A stretch of DNA of 63,972 nt, filler included, from Choristocarpus tenellus KU-1152 (taxonomy: Eukaryota; Protista; Phaeophyceae), in the NCBI GenBank assembly GCA_964200185.2. It is 11 parts of 11 records of this genome, joined end to end, with 100 filler letters (N's around TTAATTAATTAA, not from the genome) between each part and the next. Parts side by side here need not be neighbours in the genome. Positions count along the whole stretch, not along the records: positions 22,943 to 30,294 come from CAXNAD020006289.1; positions 30,395 to 33,941 come from CAXNAD020019337.1; positions 34,042 to 47,708 come from CAXNAD020001414.1; 8 more parts are not named here. The stretch is one strand, 5' to 3'. The translations under genes and the position numbers were made by a program. The notes under the pieces were generated by a model. That model searched no databases and was not told the origin of the DNA. It was given only the letters and a program-made list of their open reading frames with translations. Shown one piece after another: positions 26,201 through 39,633 of the stretch (positions are counted from its first letter, which is position 1; each line of letters opens with the position of its first letter).

Positions 26201-28633
26201 CTTGACATATTGTTACTTCAATGGAAAAAAAATCCCTTAAAATGTAAAGGAGACGTTGGGACACCGGGTACATCTATACCAGAACATGGTAACTGGCCTC
26301 AAGGTGCAGTTGGAAAGTAGGAAATCAAGCAACGCAAGCAGCACGAGCAGGGACACGGATTTGGCTGAACTCGAGGAGTCACTGATGGCAGAGCTTGACA
26401 GCGCCTCATCTCTTCCCCCTGATATCACACTGGAGGCAGGGGTGGGGGCAGACGGGGCCTGTGACGGGTTGGTCTACAGATCTGTGGATGAGCTGCGAGC
26501 AGCAATTGAGAGTTTGCAGGTAACTACCTCATATTCGATTCATTCAACCCCTTGATCAAATCGGGAGTGTGTGGCAAATCCTTGTTATCAGATCCGTTAT
26601 CAGATCAGACCATGATACTTTCATGAGCTGTCCTTGTACAATCGTGGCCCAAAGCAAAGAGGGTTAAGAGGGTACGAGTTGTGCCCTGTTTTGTACGTTC
26701 GAGGCTTGGCTTCCCAAGGGTTTTTAACGACATTTTCCGGTCTTCTGCTGTTTCGGATTAGGTAAAATGTATACAACTATGAAAGGTGTGTCCGGAGCAA
26801 GAATGTTGACACTTGCTAACTAACACGATAGCCAAAAATCCATCAAAAATCCATCATTGGGAGGTTTATGACCCCGAACGGACACGGCCCGACCCTCTTA
26901 AATTATTTAAGTCCGCCGTTCTGGCTTTGGAAAGGGCAAGCACAGGGGAATTTTTTGGGAGTTTTATTTGGAGAATTTCAGTGCATTAGAAGTGACACAA
27001 GGCCAGCCAACTAGATTTTTTTTTTTGTCCCAGATATCAATAGACCAGTTTCAAAATTATGGATTGTGTTTTACTGCCTTGACGCAAAACTCGTATCTGT
27101 TTCTCCACAGTTACTGCTGGAGCTGTTGGCTGTATGGTCTGGACTGGAAAGTTCCTGGATGTAGTTGACCGTCACAGATGTGATTTGTCAGTTTGCACAA
27201 CCCGGATGGCATATTTGGGGTTATTTTACTCAGAGTAGTGAATGTATGTCGGAATATGAATTTCTCAACCCGTTCATAGTGTGAAGCATGTCACTGTTTG
27301 AACTTTTGGGAGAGCTAGTGCAACCTTGAGCAATGCATTGGTAGACTCCAAAATGAGAAGGCCAAACCAAATCTTTATGGAGGTAGAAAGCACAAGACAC
27401 CAAAGGAGTGAAAAAAGTTGGAATCATGGAAAAACTTCATCAAGCTAGATGTATGACCTGTCCTTTTGGTTGTTAAGCAAGTGCTTCCATTTGTGACTGG
27501 TGTGTGCAGGGGACCAGGCAGGGTAGGAGGAAAGGTGTAACGAATTTAAAGAGGAGAGTGTTTCAGCTGTACATATCCACCTTGCCCAAGTCGTTTTTGA
27601 GCTGATTTGGGGCCAAAGCTGCAAGGCAGATGTGGGCTAGTAGTGAGTCAACTGGTAGGGGGTTCCCACCACCTTCTGACGGGATATCAATTGCATGTAA
27701 GCACCGGTTGGGAAAGCTTGTTGTTCATGGTCTCACAAGAGTCCTCTTGCTTCTCCTCATGTGTTGAACCCCATCTGAGATGCAACCACCCACCCCTCCT
27801 CCTTAATACTCTCTGGACAGAGCGTCCATGCACAGCTTCAGAAGGACCTCGAACAGGCCAATATCAGAGCAGAGGCGGCAGAGACAGGTCGTGCCCTTCT
27901 CATGGAGAGGCATGGCCCTCTTGGTCGCTGGCTTCTTGAGGTGGCCGGGACTTGGGCATTGAATGGCAATGTACCTCCTGGTAGGGGGGGTGAGTGCACA
28001 GGACCGGACCAGGCAGAAGGGTGGGGGCAGGGGAGGGGTAAAAAGGGTGGGGACAAATCGACAAGCAAAGGAGATCTTCCAAGGAGTCAAAGGAAACCTT
28101 CCTGTGACAAGCAGTACAGGAGCAAGAGGCCAAAGCAAAGGCACAAACAAGAAGAGCAGGGACAGTTACCACAGGGGCAAGGACATGTGTCAGGGAGGGG
28201 AATTCTTGAAGGAGCAATGGCGTCACCCTCCAGCCGTCAAGGGTTCTTTTTGGCCTTGGCGTCGTGCTTTCGAGACCAACAGGTGTTGGCAAAGGAAGAG
28301 GTAAAAGAACCCTCCTCCCCAGGGAAAGCATTGCTCAGTGTGGGGGAGGGGGGTGATGGTGGGGAAACGGAGAGTGGAAGTCAAGGCTCTTCTGTCACCA
28401 TGGTTGGGGTTAGCACTGGTACCACCTTACCCTCGATAGTGAGGGCCCAATGTAAGAACCAGGGAAAAGCGCCCACACCAGAGACGACTGGGAAGAGGGC
28501 AGGCGGTAGGGTCATGAGATCTCCTTCGACCAGTGAAACATCTTCTTTGTCCGTTAGGACTTTGTGCGACTTTGCTCCCCCGGAGCATCACAGTGTTGGA
28601 ACACAAACAGTTGCCAAGGTGCGCTTGTTGAGG

Positions 28634-28689
<56 letters not shown>

Positions 28690-29772
28690 TTTTCCATGCA
28701 GTAGTTGATTCGACAAAGAGGCATCTGGCTAGTTATCTGCATCCTATTTCGACATGTACACTAGGCACGCCTCCATTTATCCTGCTGATCGGAAATTGAA
28801 TGAAATTATCTTAGGGTTAGGGTACAAGTTTTGCCGTGTTTGTCCGTTTGGGGCTTGGCTTCCCACAGGTTTTTTCTTGACATTTTTCTACTCCGATAAG
28901 TTTTGGAGTAGGAGGTATCATAAGTGTGTATGTCTGGAACAAGGATATTGACACTTCCTAACAAATACGATAGCCAAAATTACATCAAAATCGCAACATT
29001 GGATTCTGGCCCCCAAACCGACGTGGCTCTACCCTCTAAGATACTTTGACTCAATGCCGTTGAAATTGTTACTAAAAGGAAAAAATTGAATTTTCAATAA
29101 TTAAGAAACCAAAGGAAAAAATGATTTTCTTGTGACACCTCACACAATAAACATAAATGCCATTACAAGGTAGTATCTTGCTACTTGTTTGAGGACAATG
29201 CAAGGGTCTATTGTTAGATCCTGGTCAGCCCAGAAGCTTTGTTTTCTCACTCTACTTGGTGCATGGGGAGTCCAGACTAAAAATAAAAAGTTTCAGGATC
29301 CTGAAAAACTACATGTTCGCATCATCAACATCTCTACTACTGTTGAAACAATAAGGGATGCGCTTTATCAGATCTTGCTAGGCATTTTGGGAGAACGAAA
29401 ATAGATTAAAAGCTGTCCACAATTTTGCTCCAAACCTCTTGATTTACAACTTCTCTATCTAGGCCTAGAGTACACAAGTAGAGAGCTTGACTGGTTCTCA
29501 TCCCACCCAAAACACACAAAAGACAAGCAGACCCCCCTCCCCTCGCCCCACTTTATTGCCCCCTCCTCCCCCAATCACAGTTCTTCCAGGACAAATTTGC
29601 AACTATACGCCCCAGTCGAAAGCTGGTTGTAGGGACCACTTGCTTTCTCAATGACTTCAGCACATCCTGCGTGGGATCACCCTCAGACACTGTTACAGAT
29701 CTGGACCATACCTCCTTCACAAACGACACCACACTGACCCAGCAAGGCACAGCTGAGCTTGGCAAAAATTAG
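23260..29772 (+). CDS. Coiled-coil cilia/flagella-associated protein, CFAP157-like. Exons 23260-23448 (or 23454), 23578-23787, 23932-24138, 25709-25879, 26250-26519, 27821-28618, 29581-29772
   Basis: All junctions are phase 0 with AG acceptors. The spliced coiled coil (YYYLHKRLDDNYDLISDLERQL...QEKQRIRREI...EKTARA...ELALSSQETLGHRVHLYQNMV) follows my recollection of CFAP157 architecture. The gene model is strong; the name is moderate confidence. Confidence 0.75.
24424..24687 (-). mobile_element. Possible intronic LINE reverse-transcriptase remnant
   Basis: IYLYTDDMIY resembles the RT YxDD motif. Little other support. Confidence 0.3.
26664..26913. mobile_element. MITE family A, intronic, eroded ends
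   Basis: AGAGGGTACGAGTTGTGCCCTG...GAAAGGTGTGTCCGGA...GACCCTCTTA. Confidence 0.8.
28639..28688. repeat. (AC)n microsatellite just after a splice donor
   Basis: Direct reading. Confidence 0.95.
28798..29052. mobile_element. MITE family A, intronic
   Basis: Family interior and terminus ACCCTCTAAGATACTTTGACTC. The left TIR reads TTAGGGTTAGGG. Confidence 0.85.
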
Positions 29773-30486
29773 CCGGAATGGAAAAAAACTTGAAGAGTAC
29801 AGGGGACAACCCCATAGACACTATCCCCTCAGGATTAGCATAATAAGCACAATTCCTATCAATTCCTCAACAGCGTGCAACAGCTCCACCGGAGGCAAAA
29901 ATTGTGTACATCTTGTATGTTATCTCTTTTATTTATCTTACGGTGCTGTTTTCCAATGCTTTTATTTATCTTCTGATGTTCTGTAGATCTGGATCATTTC
30001 AGTGCCACAGCTATGAATACTGGGCCAACACTTACGAGTTGTTTTTGTCTGCCTCTCTTGCTATTCAGCCACTTCTTATGACAGGCATGTTAAGTGCATC
30101 CAAGACTCCGTTTGCCAACATGGCGTAAATCAATAGCAGCTTCTAAACAGTCACATGTATTTCATGAAGCTGTGGTGTGATAGACCAGCAGTTCGAAGGT
30201 CAAAGTGACAAAACAAAAAGTAAGTAGTACACACACATACGCCACCCCCCCCCCCCCAACCAACAAACACCACCCCCCCCACCACCACCAACACNNNNNN
30301 NNNNNNNNNNNNNNNNNNNNNNNNNNNNNNNNNNNNNNTTAATTAATTAANNNNNNNNNNNNNNNNNNNNNNNNNNNNNNNNNNNNNNNNNNNNGGTCAC
30401 GAGGCAAGGACACAGGGTCTACGCCTGTCGGGAGTGACACAGCGATGTCTCCAAACGCCCATTCGGTGGACAGCGGCGCAACTGAC

Positions 30487-33400
30487 TCACAAGAGAGGGT
30501 GAACGTTTACAACCACAATATGAGGCCAAGCGAAAAGTGCGTACATATTGATTGTAACAAAAACCCCATGAAGAAGCCTTCCAAGAAGGGAAAAGGGACG
30601 CGAAAAAGGATCCTGATTAGGAAAAGGAGGGTCAGAAAAGATTCTGAAGACGAGTGGGATGGAACCGACGGGTCCTCTTTCACGTGTCCAGAGGAACTTC
30701 CTGTGGAGGGTCCTTTTCCGCTTCCCTTTCTCCTTCTTGGACCTCTTCTCCCTCGGAGTTTTGCTACGATCAATATTTTCGCGGTTTTCGCTTCGCCTCA
30801 CATTGTGGTCACACATGTTCCCTGGTACATGAGACTCAGCTCCGCCACTGTCTAGCGAAAGTGTGTTCGTGGACATCCCTGCGGCACTCAAATCCGGCGT
30901 GTACTCCGAATGGTTGCCTAGCCGCCCAATCGCGTCCTCTATTGGAATTTCCTCTGGGCCTGACAATAGGTTACAAACGGGTCTGCCCCCATTGCCTTGA
31001 GAGTCGTGTTCTGAGGGTGTCGTTGTATTCCTCCCCCTCTCTAGATTCCTGCTTCCCGCACCTATGGAAGGGCTAGGTGATGTGTTATGTTCCTCCTCTC
31101 GAGCACCCGGAGTGTTGGGTCTCCCACAAGGCATGCTGGTGGATACGCCACCAGCTACCTTTGTTTTCAACAGTGCAAAATTGGTCAGTGCCGAGAGCTT
31201 GTCCTGCAGGAGTTTGATACGATCCGGGTCAAGGTTGTCCCCGAGGGTGGTGCATGTTATGACCAGGCCTCCCAGTCGTGTTTGTCGAAGGGCTACTTCT
31301 CTCTCGTGAGCTGCGTTGGTCTCGGACTTGAACTTTTCGAGGTCGTGCTCGGACGTCAATAGGATGCAGAAGGTCGTGGCGAAGTGGGTCAGGATGCAGA
31401 AGAGAATACGGGGTGTGTGGAAAGGATGGACGGACCAGGCTAGTGACAGTTCTGATAAAAGTGTTGATAAAGCGAGCCGCTAGGACAGGTGGACGAATAG
31501 GGCCGGTAAGAATAGGAAGCGTACAGGACTAGCATGTGACCGCGACATAATTTCTCTCTTTTCGCGAGGTTGTGACGATGGGTACAACATAGGCAAAGTA
31601 CGACACAGCATGTACGACGAGGAACTTTTCATTCTTTGAAAGAACCGGAGAACCCTGTGACAACGTTTGTTGTGTAACTGTCGAGTGTCGATAGGATGGA
31701 AGGGAGTTGTGTGTTAGGTGTGGTGGGGAAGGGTGTTTGGAATTTAATCTATGGCGATGTTGCGCAATGCTGCAATTACTCGCCTGTGAATTTAACACCG
31801 TTACTTAGGGTAACGCCCTCAGAGTATTTGATGATGTCCAGGAATTTTGTACCCTCCTCCACATCCCGCATCAACACGAGGTCTCTTATCACCTGTGGAA
31901 TTGATAGGGTAGATAAACGTGCGCAATCAGGGCGTTTGTTGTGATACGGCTTTACATGACGAGCTGAAATGCGGTGGATAGATGAAACAATGAACTAATA
32001 CAAGTTGAGTACCTTGTCGCTGAGGGTGTATTTCTTGGGAGGAGGACCCTCTGCTCCAGACTCTCCTGCTTTCTCGTCGGCGTAGGGGTCTATGCCGAGC
32101 TTGTCCTTCTCTTCCAGGTCCTTCATAACCTGAAGTGCAACCTCCAGTACGGCCCCCTTGATGAGTACGTTCTTGGTGTGCATATGTCTCAGGTATGCCA
32201 ACTGCACCCTCCAGGGTTGCACTTCCCAATCCTCCTCCGCCTTCGCGGCAGACGGCGGGTCCGGATCGACGACTCCTGGTTTATTTTTCTTCCCTTTTCC
32301 TCTTGTCTTGTTCTCTTTCCTTTGTCTTGGTCGGCTGGGGGCCGTTTGTTCCGGACGCCCCTAAGGGTGTGGGAAAACGGTCGTGAAGAAGCACATGGGT
32401 GCTGGAATAGTGAGTGACAAAGATGACACGGGTGTCTGTCTTGCGAGGTATGAACTAGGTTGTAAACATAGCGGCTGTTGCAGGATCAGGAGGGAGGTAT
32501 ACGCATATACATCCATACGCTACTTCAATCGTCACGGTCAAAATCAACTTACCCATTCCTCTGGAAATGTCTCAGTCCCGACAACATAAGTCAATGCGAG
32601 CGCATGTTGGTCAGAACATGTCAAATCATTCAATTACTGTCTGCCCTATGTCAAGTGGAGACAAAATGATTGGGAACGTTTATCCCACCTTTGTCCTGTA
32701 CATGTGATTGAATCCCCCACCGTTCTTAAGGGAATCCATGGCAGCGTCTGGGTTGGCATTCTAGAGCACTGTGAACATGTGAACTGCTCTGAAGTCGAAT
32801 TTGTCCTGGTCGGGTGCGCATTAGGTATAAGATGATATGATCAGGACAGGAGAATGTGGGAGTGTGCGTGTTTGTTGGTTGATGGTGAGTGTCATATGGT
32901 CGATAGCGAAACACATGTATACATCGTCAATTCAAACTCACAGTATTGGAAGGCAGGGGTTACTACTGTGTTGTTGTTTTGGACTGTTGGTGATGGGTTG
33001 TATTTCATGTACTAATAATAAAACGGGTTCATCGCGCTCACATTCGATCCCTCGCGCTTCTTGTGCTCTCTCCACACACCGAGAAGGATCTCCTCCAGTT
33101 CTTTTTTTCTCTGTTGGAGGATAGCGAGGGGAAGAGAGGGGTGGACCACCGACGCGGAATCATCATGGATATATTAGACGAAAGGTACGCGGTGCTTGAC
33201 AATCCTTTTGTGAAAGGATTGTTCAGAGTGCCGTGAGAATCTCACCTTCTCTCGCGCATATGTAGACAAGGGTGGCGATCGCGTTGAAGAATTGGACGGA
33301 GGTCTGGTCTGTGAGTCTCTGTTGACCCCGACTTCCATATTTGTGTCCTCCCAAGCTTCTTTGAGGAATGCCTTGATCTTGGCAGCTACCCTCCTCTTAA

Positions 33401-33941
33401 GAGCCACCTGTAATGCGGTGTCGTCACTCCGGAAGTCAACGTCACCTAGACAGTACCGGTTACACTTGGTGACCAATGTTGCCATGCGCGCGCGACGATC
33501 AGGGTCCTCCTCTATGTCATTGACAAAAGGGCGGGGCCTGTCGCAACTGAAGTCGCCTATATTCCAGGATAGCGGCGACCCAGGACACCATCCAGTGGAA
33601 TATGTTCAGAATGTTGGGCACATGCGACCTACTGGCCGCCACACTCTCTCCTATCGAAATAGATTCAGCCTTTTCGCGGTTACAGTGAGGATAGATCTTC
33701 CACATGAAGGTCCTCCTCCTGTTATTATCTCCCTGGAGGTTCTTTGAGATGTCCGAGACCCACTTCGCTGTGACATGCAGCGGAAGATTGATGCCACCTG
33801 GGATATTTTCCTCTCGCGCAACGCAATGGATTGTCCTCAACACCATTATGCGGTGTTGTCCGTTCAGGCAAAATAAGAGGTTGTCGTCATCATCTATATC
33901 CCTCTCATCGCCATTCTCGTCTACGTCGAGGTTGCCGTTGG
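30487..33941 (-). pseudogene. Multi-exon gene with a ParB/DGQHR-like motif, 5'-truncated, with one frameshift and at least one in-frame stop
   Basis: Exon 33246-33941 has FCLNGQHRI and WKIYPHCNREKAESISIGES, with a frameshift near 33520-33540. Further exon-like pieces lie at about 33040-33110, 32690-32805 (contains TAG), 32013-32360, 31800-31893 and 30487-31350. Confidence 0.55.
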
Positions 33942-35339
33942 NNNNNNNNNNNNNNNNNNNNNNNNNNNNNNNNNNNNNNNNNNNNTTAATTAATTAANNN
34001 NNNNNNNNNNNNNNNNNNNNNNNNNNNNNNNNNNNNNNNNNGAATACTAGGACCATAGGGTGTGTGTGTGTGTAGAGTCATGCTACAATAGTTATTGATT
34101 GGTAAACCAAGAAACTGTTCTATTATATAAACATGGATGGGTAGGAGATTCTACTAGCAATCTTTTATTAAATTGTGCTATCTAAGGTGCTGGTCACCCC
34201 ACCCCCTGGGATAACTCACTCACCAACATCAAAGCATCATCCTTGTGATTATCAATCCTATTTCACTTGACACGAGATATCTTACACATTGCAGTGACCC
34301 AATGGTTTCTAACCCATCGTTCATGTCTTTGTAATGAGAACGGATCCTAGAAGTTGAGGCTGAGAGCTGAAGTGATTCCTCCCCCGCTAAAGTTCGATTT
34401 GATCAGTTTTCGGCAAATGTAGAGGGTTCACTAAGATAGGTGGCGAACACACATTGCGGGTTCAAGAGTCAGCGTGGGTATAATCCTGTGTGGTGAGTAA
34501 GGGTGTTTCCTGATATAGCAGCAATAGTCCACAGAGAGTTTGAGGTAGGAGCACTGGAAGAGAGAGGCCAGGTTCTTCTGGCAGCTCAGTGTCTCTAGAC
34601 TATGGACATTGTCACCACATGCATTATTGGAAGTTGAAGGTCCAGCTACCAAAATTAATGGTGTCTAGACCACTGGGACTGGAGGACGAGGTGCACCACT
34701 ATTTATTGCTGGTATACCTACTGCCTTGACAACTTGTCAACTCTGAATCCAATCGACTTTAAACCCTCCCACAAATAACTTGTGCTGCATGGCTTCGTGG
34801 AAAAAGATGTATTGATGGCTCAAGAAGTGTACTATGCCCCCACTATTGCTCTTGTTGCCAAGTGCCATGAAGGCTATGTATTATTCGCATCAAAGCCCTA
34901 GTTAGCTCTTTCGTGGACAACTGGTTCATGGCTAACACTGTGGGCAACGGCCAGGACCTATTTTTCGAGTTCCTCTCTTCCAAGGTGGCAAGGGGGGCAA
35001 ATCCTCTCCTTGCACTGATGCAAATGGATATACTGCAGGACAGGATATTGGCAATGAGTCTCATCATCCGCGACAAGATGTTACTTCTCCAGTTCCTGGG
35101 TGCTCTTAGGCCCAGTTGTGATACCAACACAAGTTTGATGGGCCTACTACAGATAACATCACCTTGAGCAGGAGCCGAAAATTCTGTACGTGAATGATAC
35201 ACAGCACTCTTAAAGGGGAAAGAATTGAAAACCATAGGGAGTCACGCTTTGGTTGCTGGAATTTCATCTCACAGCAAGAGCCAGTATCATTGAAACAGTC
35301 AAGGCAGACACGCAAAAGAAGAAGAATAACTCCTACTCT

Positions 35340-35598
35340 GAGTCAAAGCATCTTAGAGGGTAGGACCACGTCCATTTGGGGTCCAAAATCCAATGTTGCG
35401 ATTTTGATGTAATTTTGGCTATCGTGTTTTTTAGGAAGTGCCAATATCCTTGTTCCGGACACACCTTTTAATAATGTGTACATTTTACCTACTCCGAAAT
35501 GTTTCGTAGTAGGAAACTGTAATAAAATACCTGGGGGAACTAAGTCCCAAACGGACAAACAGGGTAAAACTGTTACCCTCTTAAATGTCTTGGGTCTC
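35340..35598. mobile_element. MITE family A nested in the copia remnant
   Basis: GAGTCAAAGCATCTTAGAGGGTA terminus and full family interior. Confidence 0.88.
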
Positions 35599-36070
35599 TA
35601 ATTCCAAAAAATTCGAGATGATTCAATGTGGTAGGTGTGGTAAGACTGGGCATGAGAAGGTTGTCCGTCCAAGTCGTGTTTGTACCTAGCGCAGTGGGTA
35701 TACTCATAATGCTATCACATGTTCCTTGGTATTCATGACCATGTTGGCAACTGATGCTGGCGAGAAGGATACTGTGCAGGAGGTGATGAAGGACGAGTCC
35801 TCGCAGAGAATACCGTGGCTATTGTCCCTTAGCTGTGGCCACTGGGAGCGATATACACTGTTAGCCACGAAGGGCAATTCAGCACGCAACAACTCTCAAG
35901 GAAAGTGTGGGATTTATGATTATTTGACGTTTAGTGTTGGGGGTGGCCATATATGGGAATGGTGGGTTTGTGACAATGTGACTTTGTACCACATTGCCAT
36001 CTCTTTGAATTTCATGTTCAACTACAAGCCATGTGCTGGTGACCAAAGGATTATAAAAGTTAGCCAGAAC

Positions 36071-36120
36071 TCAGAACTCATTCTCTGGTCAGAACTCATT
36101 CTCTGGTCAGAACTCATTCT
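36071..36120. repeat. 18-bp tandem repeat, about 2.8 copies (TCAGAACTCATTCTCTGG)
   Basis: Direct reading. Confidence 0.9.
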
Positions 36121-36523
36121 ATATCAGAGGTCATAGCAGTCTGACAGTTGTAAATCATTTGGGTGATGATGAGACAATTACTTAGTTGAGATCATACTAC
36201 ACAACATTTGCTCATATCTCAGATCTTGGTTTCAACATATTTTCTTATCAAGTTACAACAGGCATTGGGTGCGAAATACTCTAGTACAGCCAGTACATTC
36301 GCTTCTATGTAGTAGGCTAATATATCAGAGATCCTGGTTGCGATTTATCCTCTACGGTCAACGCATTTGGTGGCAACCTGTATTAATTGCTGGCACTACT
36401 TTGAAGGTCACCATCGCCCCCTTGCTTGCACCTCATTCTTTCCACGCAGAGATCAATAGTAACCTGTTCGACTGCTGTTTTGGCCACACTCACGAGGAAT
36501 TGCTCAAGTCCACTGCTGCTTCA

Positions 36524-36780
36524 GAGTGAAAGTATCTTAGAGGGTACGAGTTTTGCCCTGTTTGTCCATTTGCGGCTTGGCTTCCCATGTTTTTTTTAAT
36601 GAAATTTTCCTACTCTAAAATGTTCGGAGTAGGTAAGATGTATACCTTATGAAAAGGTGTATTCGCAACAAGCATATTGACACTTCCTAATAAACACAAT
36701 AGCCAAAATTACATCAAATCGCAACATTGGATATAAACCCCCAAATGGACACGCCCCTACCCTCTAAGATACTTTGACTC
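36524..36780. mobile_element. MITE family A, complete, TSD TCA
   Basis: GAGTGAAAGTATCTTAGAGGGTA...TACCCTCTAAGATACTTTGACTC with TCA on both flanks. Confidence 0.92.
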
Positions 36781-37154
36781 TCAATAGGCATTACTTTGGC
36801 GGAGTATTTTGAGTTGTGTTTAGGATTCTTCATGGCCAAGGGCATGCAGAAGGGGATCCCGTCCACCATCTCATCACAGGCAGTGGGAAAACTGGATTGA
36901 CTTTTGTCGATCTCTCAGTGGTGAAAGACCAACCCTTTCACTTGGCGGCCAACTTACACAATGAGATTCCAGAATGGATTCTCTTGTTTTGTTTGGTGTA
37001 TATTCCCTAGCCTAATGATGTCAGATGATGCCGAAGCTCTTAAGAACCACCTCTACCTGACTAGTATCCCGGATGATGGTACCCCGTCTCAGGTCATGGC
37101 ATCCTTTGGTAGCAAAGGAGACGGTTTGACTAATGATCCTCCCTTTGAAGGAGT

Positions 37155-37335
37155 GACTCAAAGTATCTGGGGAGGGGGGGGTGGCAGCTGTCCATTCGGG
37201 GCCCATTTTTCCATGTTGCAATGTTTGGGTGACTTGGTTGCATTTGTCGGATGGATAATGTAAGTTTACTTCTCCTGGTCAGAGCCCAAATGGACACCCT
37301 GGTGTAGACCCCTCCCCCCCCCGATACATTGGGCC
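37155..37335. mobile_element. MITE family B, complete, TSD AGT
   Basis: GACTCAAAGTATCTGGGG...CCCCGATACATTGGGCC with AGT on both flanks. Confidence 0.9.
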
Positions 37336-37971
37336 AGTGTAGGTCAGATCATCAAGGATCTGGCTGATGATCCCCCACTTCCTCGTGGGAGGGAGACCAG
37401 TTTGACACGAGCCTGTCTGTACATACTGCCAAAGATAGTGAAGGGACTGTGGGGTATATCTCATTGTTAAGTTCACAGCCCTTACCTGAGGCAAGTGCAG
37501 TCTTGACCGCCGCCCATACTGCAGTTCGCCAGCTGGACACGACTATTGTCAGCTGATCGAGTCCGTGAACCTTGTGTTAGGGTGGGTGGCACTAGACAAG
37601 GAACCCTCACAAACCGTCGGTTGTTCTGTATCAGCACATGGTGAGTAGGAAATTAGTGAACGGGGACATGTCAGAATTGGAGAAGGAAGCCCAATCCTTC
37701 AAGTGAATGGTGCTTCATGCTTGACAGAAACTGAGGCAGGTTGGTTGGAGACACACTTGCAAGGGTTCGAAAATTATATGTAGGTTTGCTCTTCCCACAT
37801 GGATCGGTCATGCATACCCCATCTCTCAGCTCGTTCGACCTCCAAGATTCAACATGCCACAATTCCAACATTGTGTTCCTATTTGAGAGGTCTTGACCAT
37901 ACATAGAATCAAGAGTCAAAAACCTGTTCCATTATTTCCTCCTTGATATACTTACTATATACTTCTTCCGT

Positions 37972-39463
37972 TTGGGGCTTAGTTTCTCATATAGATTGGG
38001 TAGTATGCAAAGTTTGAGATGGTGGACTGTCATGACTTTAGAGGATCAGCAGTGCATAGTAGACCAAGTCGCATTTGATGGGGTTCAAAACCTTGTAAAA
38101 CTGTCAAAGCAGGTGTTTATGGGGACGCCTAGGACGAAGGTCCCCTGTCGTACGAGCAGCTCACTCGTCCTGTCGCCACCTGTTGGTCCCAATTCTTTGG
38201 CCCAGAAGTCTGCCCGGGGTCAGGACTCCAACACCCTGACGAAGAATAGCGTGGTGGTGCAATGTCTGGAGGCAAGAGGGCGTAAGACTCAGATGCCTCG
38301 GGGGATGGCTGCGGCCATTGCGGAGGACTTTGGGATTTACCAAATCACTGCATTCCTTCATATAAAAGAGTATGACAGCCAGATATCATGGGGTGAATGC
38401 ATGGACCTTTTATGACGTTGCAAAGGGTGATATGGCTGCCGTACAAGTATCCTTGACGTTTGGGATATCCCATCGGCAAATGGACCTATGCGGCCAAAGT
38501 CGGGGTCTCCCTTGAATCATTGTGGGACCTATGCTAGCGCAAGAAGGTGAAGAAGGTCAAGCGGTGGATTAAGCCAGTCCTCTCAGACCAGTAGAAAGTC
38601 AAGAGGGTGGGTTTATCATCAGCCACACACACAGGAAGGGGGGCATTAGTGGGTGGATGTGGATTAGAAGTAGTTTTAAATTCTCAAAGATGGGCAAGGT
38701 ATGTACCTGTCCACACTGAGGACCCTGACAACCCCCCACAGGCCCAGAATACACAATACAATATGAAATCATGTCCCTTGCTGCTGTGACCCGCCCTAGG
38801 AAGCTCTCCAACAGGATATGGTTTGTTGGGAGAATCAGGATCTAACCAATTGCGGACACTAAGGTCACTCAGCACTCCAGTAAATGCCGTCCCAAGGGCA
38901 CCAAGGAGCTTGTGCCAGCCACAGCAGACAGGGAGAGGTATAAGAAGCTCATGATCGAGGATGTCATCCTGGCAATCAAGGTGTGCATGCCTAGGCGAGA
39001 AGGACACACCATCTTAGTGCAGCAGGACAGGGCAAATCCACACACCAAGGGGGGAGATCATGGAGGAATCGAGGAGGTGGCAGGGGACGACATTGTCATA
39101 GAGACCCAACCAGCCAAATCACCTAACCTCAATGCTTAAGACCTGGGATTTTCATTCCATCCAGAAACTGGAGGAAGATGTGTGGGGGTGACCAATACAG
39201 AGGAGGAGATGAAGGCCACAATGGAGGGATTGGATATGTACCCCCAGGAGACACTAGAATGCGTTTGTCAGAGCCTCTCCGCAGTCTACAGTGAAATGCT
39301 GGAGTCCAAGGGTGATAATGCCTTCAAAATTCCCCATCTTAGCAAGAAAAAAACTGAGAAGGTGGGCAAGCTCCCCCTGAATGCCCCTGTGGATGTGGTG
39401 ATAAATACTGTACTGGAATGGAGTTTTGGAGGGCTCCAGGGGAAGAACCATAGACAGGTGTAG
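37972..39463 (+). pseudogene. Decayed Tc1/mariner transposase (plant/oomycete DD39D-like)
   Basis: VDVD*K*F (cf. DEKWF), KIMSLAAVTRP, ILVQQDRANPH, QPAKSPNLNA*DLG and GDNAFKIPH, with several stops and frameshifts. Confidence 0.85.
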
Positions 39464-39633
39464 GCTTATTCTTAAGATATTTGTGCCAGTTTAAGCATGG
39501 GTATGCTATTCGCCTGCCATATGCACATAAGAGTTGAATGGAGTGCTAGTAATGGTAATATCTTATCCCTTACTATGAATGTAGGCAGGAAGTCTATTGC
39601 CTATCGCCAGGCTGTACAGTTTACCTCAAGTCT

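Larger units (their letters stand above)
34860..36270 (+). mobile_element. Decayed Ty1/copia gag-protease, interrupted by a MITE
   Basis: Gag/UBN2-like PLLALMQMDILQDRILAMSLIIRDKMLLLQFLGAL, tandem CCHC knuckles CGRCGKTGH...CT*RSGYTHNAITC (about 35627-35722) and protease-like WVCDNVTLYHIAISLNFMFNYKP. Confidence 0.7.

Noticed and set aside
36790-37560. Additional CRE-like LINE remnant on the minus strand
   Set aside because: Only faint motif echoes (LPPTRKWG, DPLLHALG); too decayed to list as a feature.
37972-39463. Mariner transposase as the mobiliser of MITE A/B
   Set aside because: Mariner duplicates TA, whereas these MITEs have 3-4-bp TSDs, and no A/B-type ends bracket the ORF.
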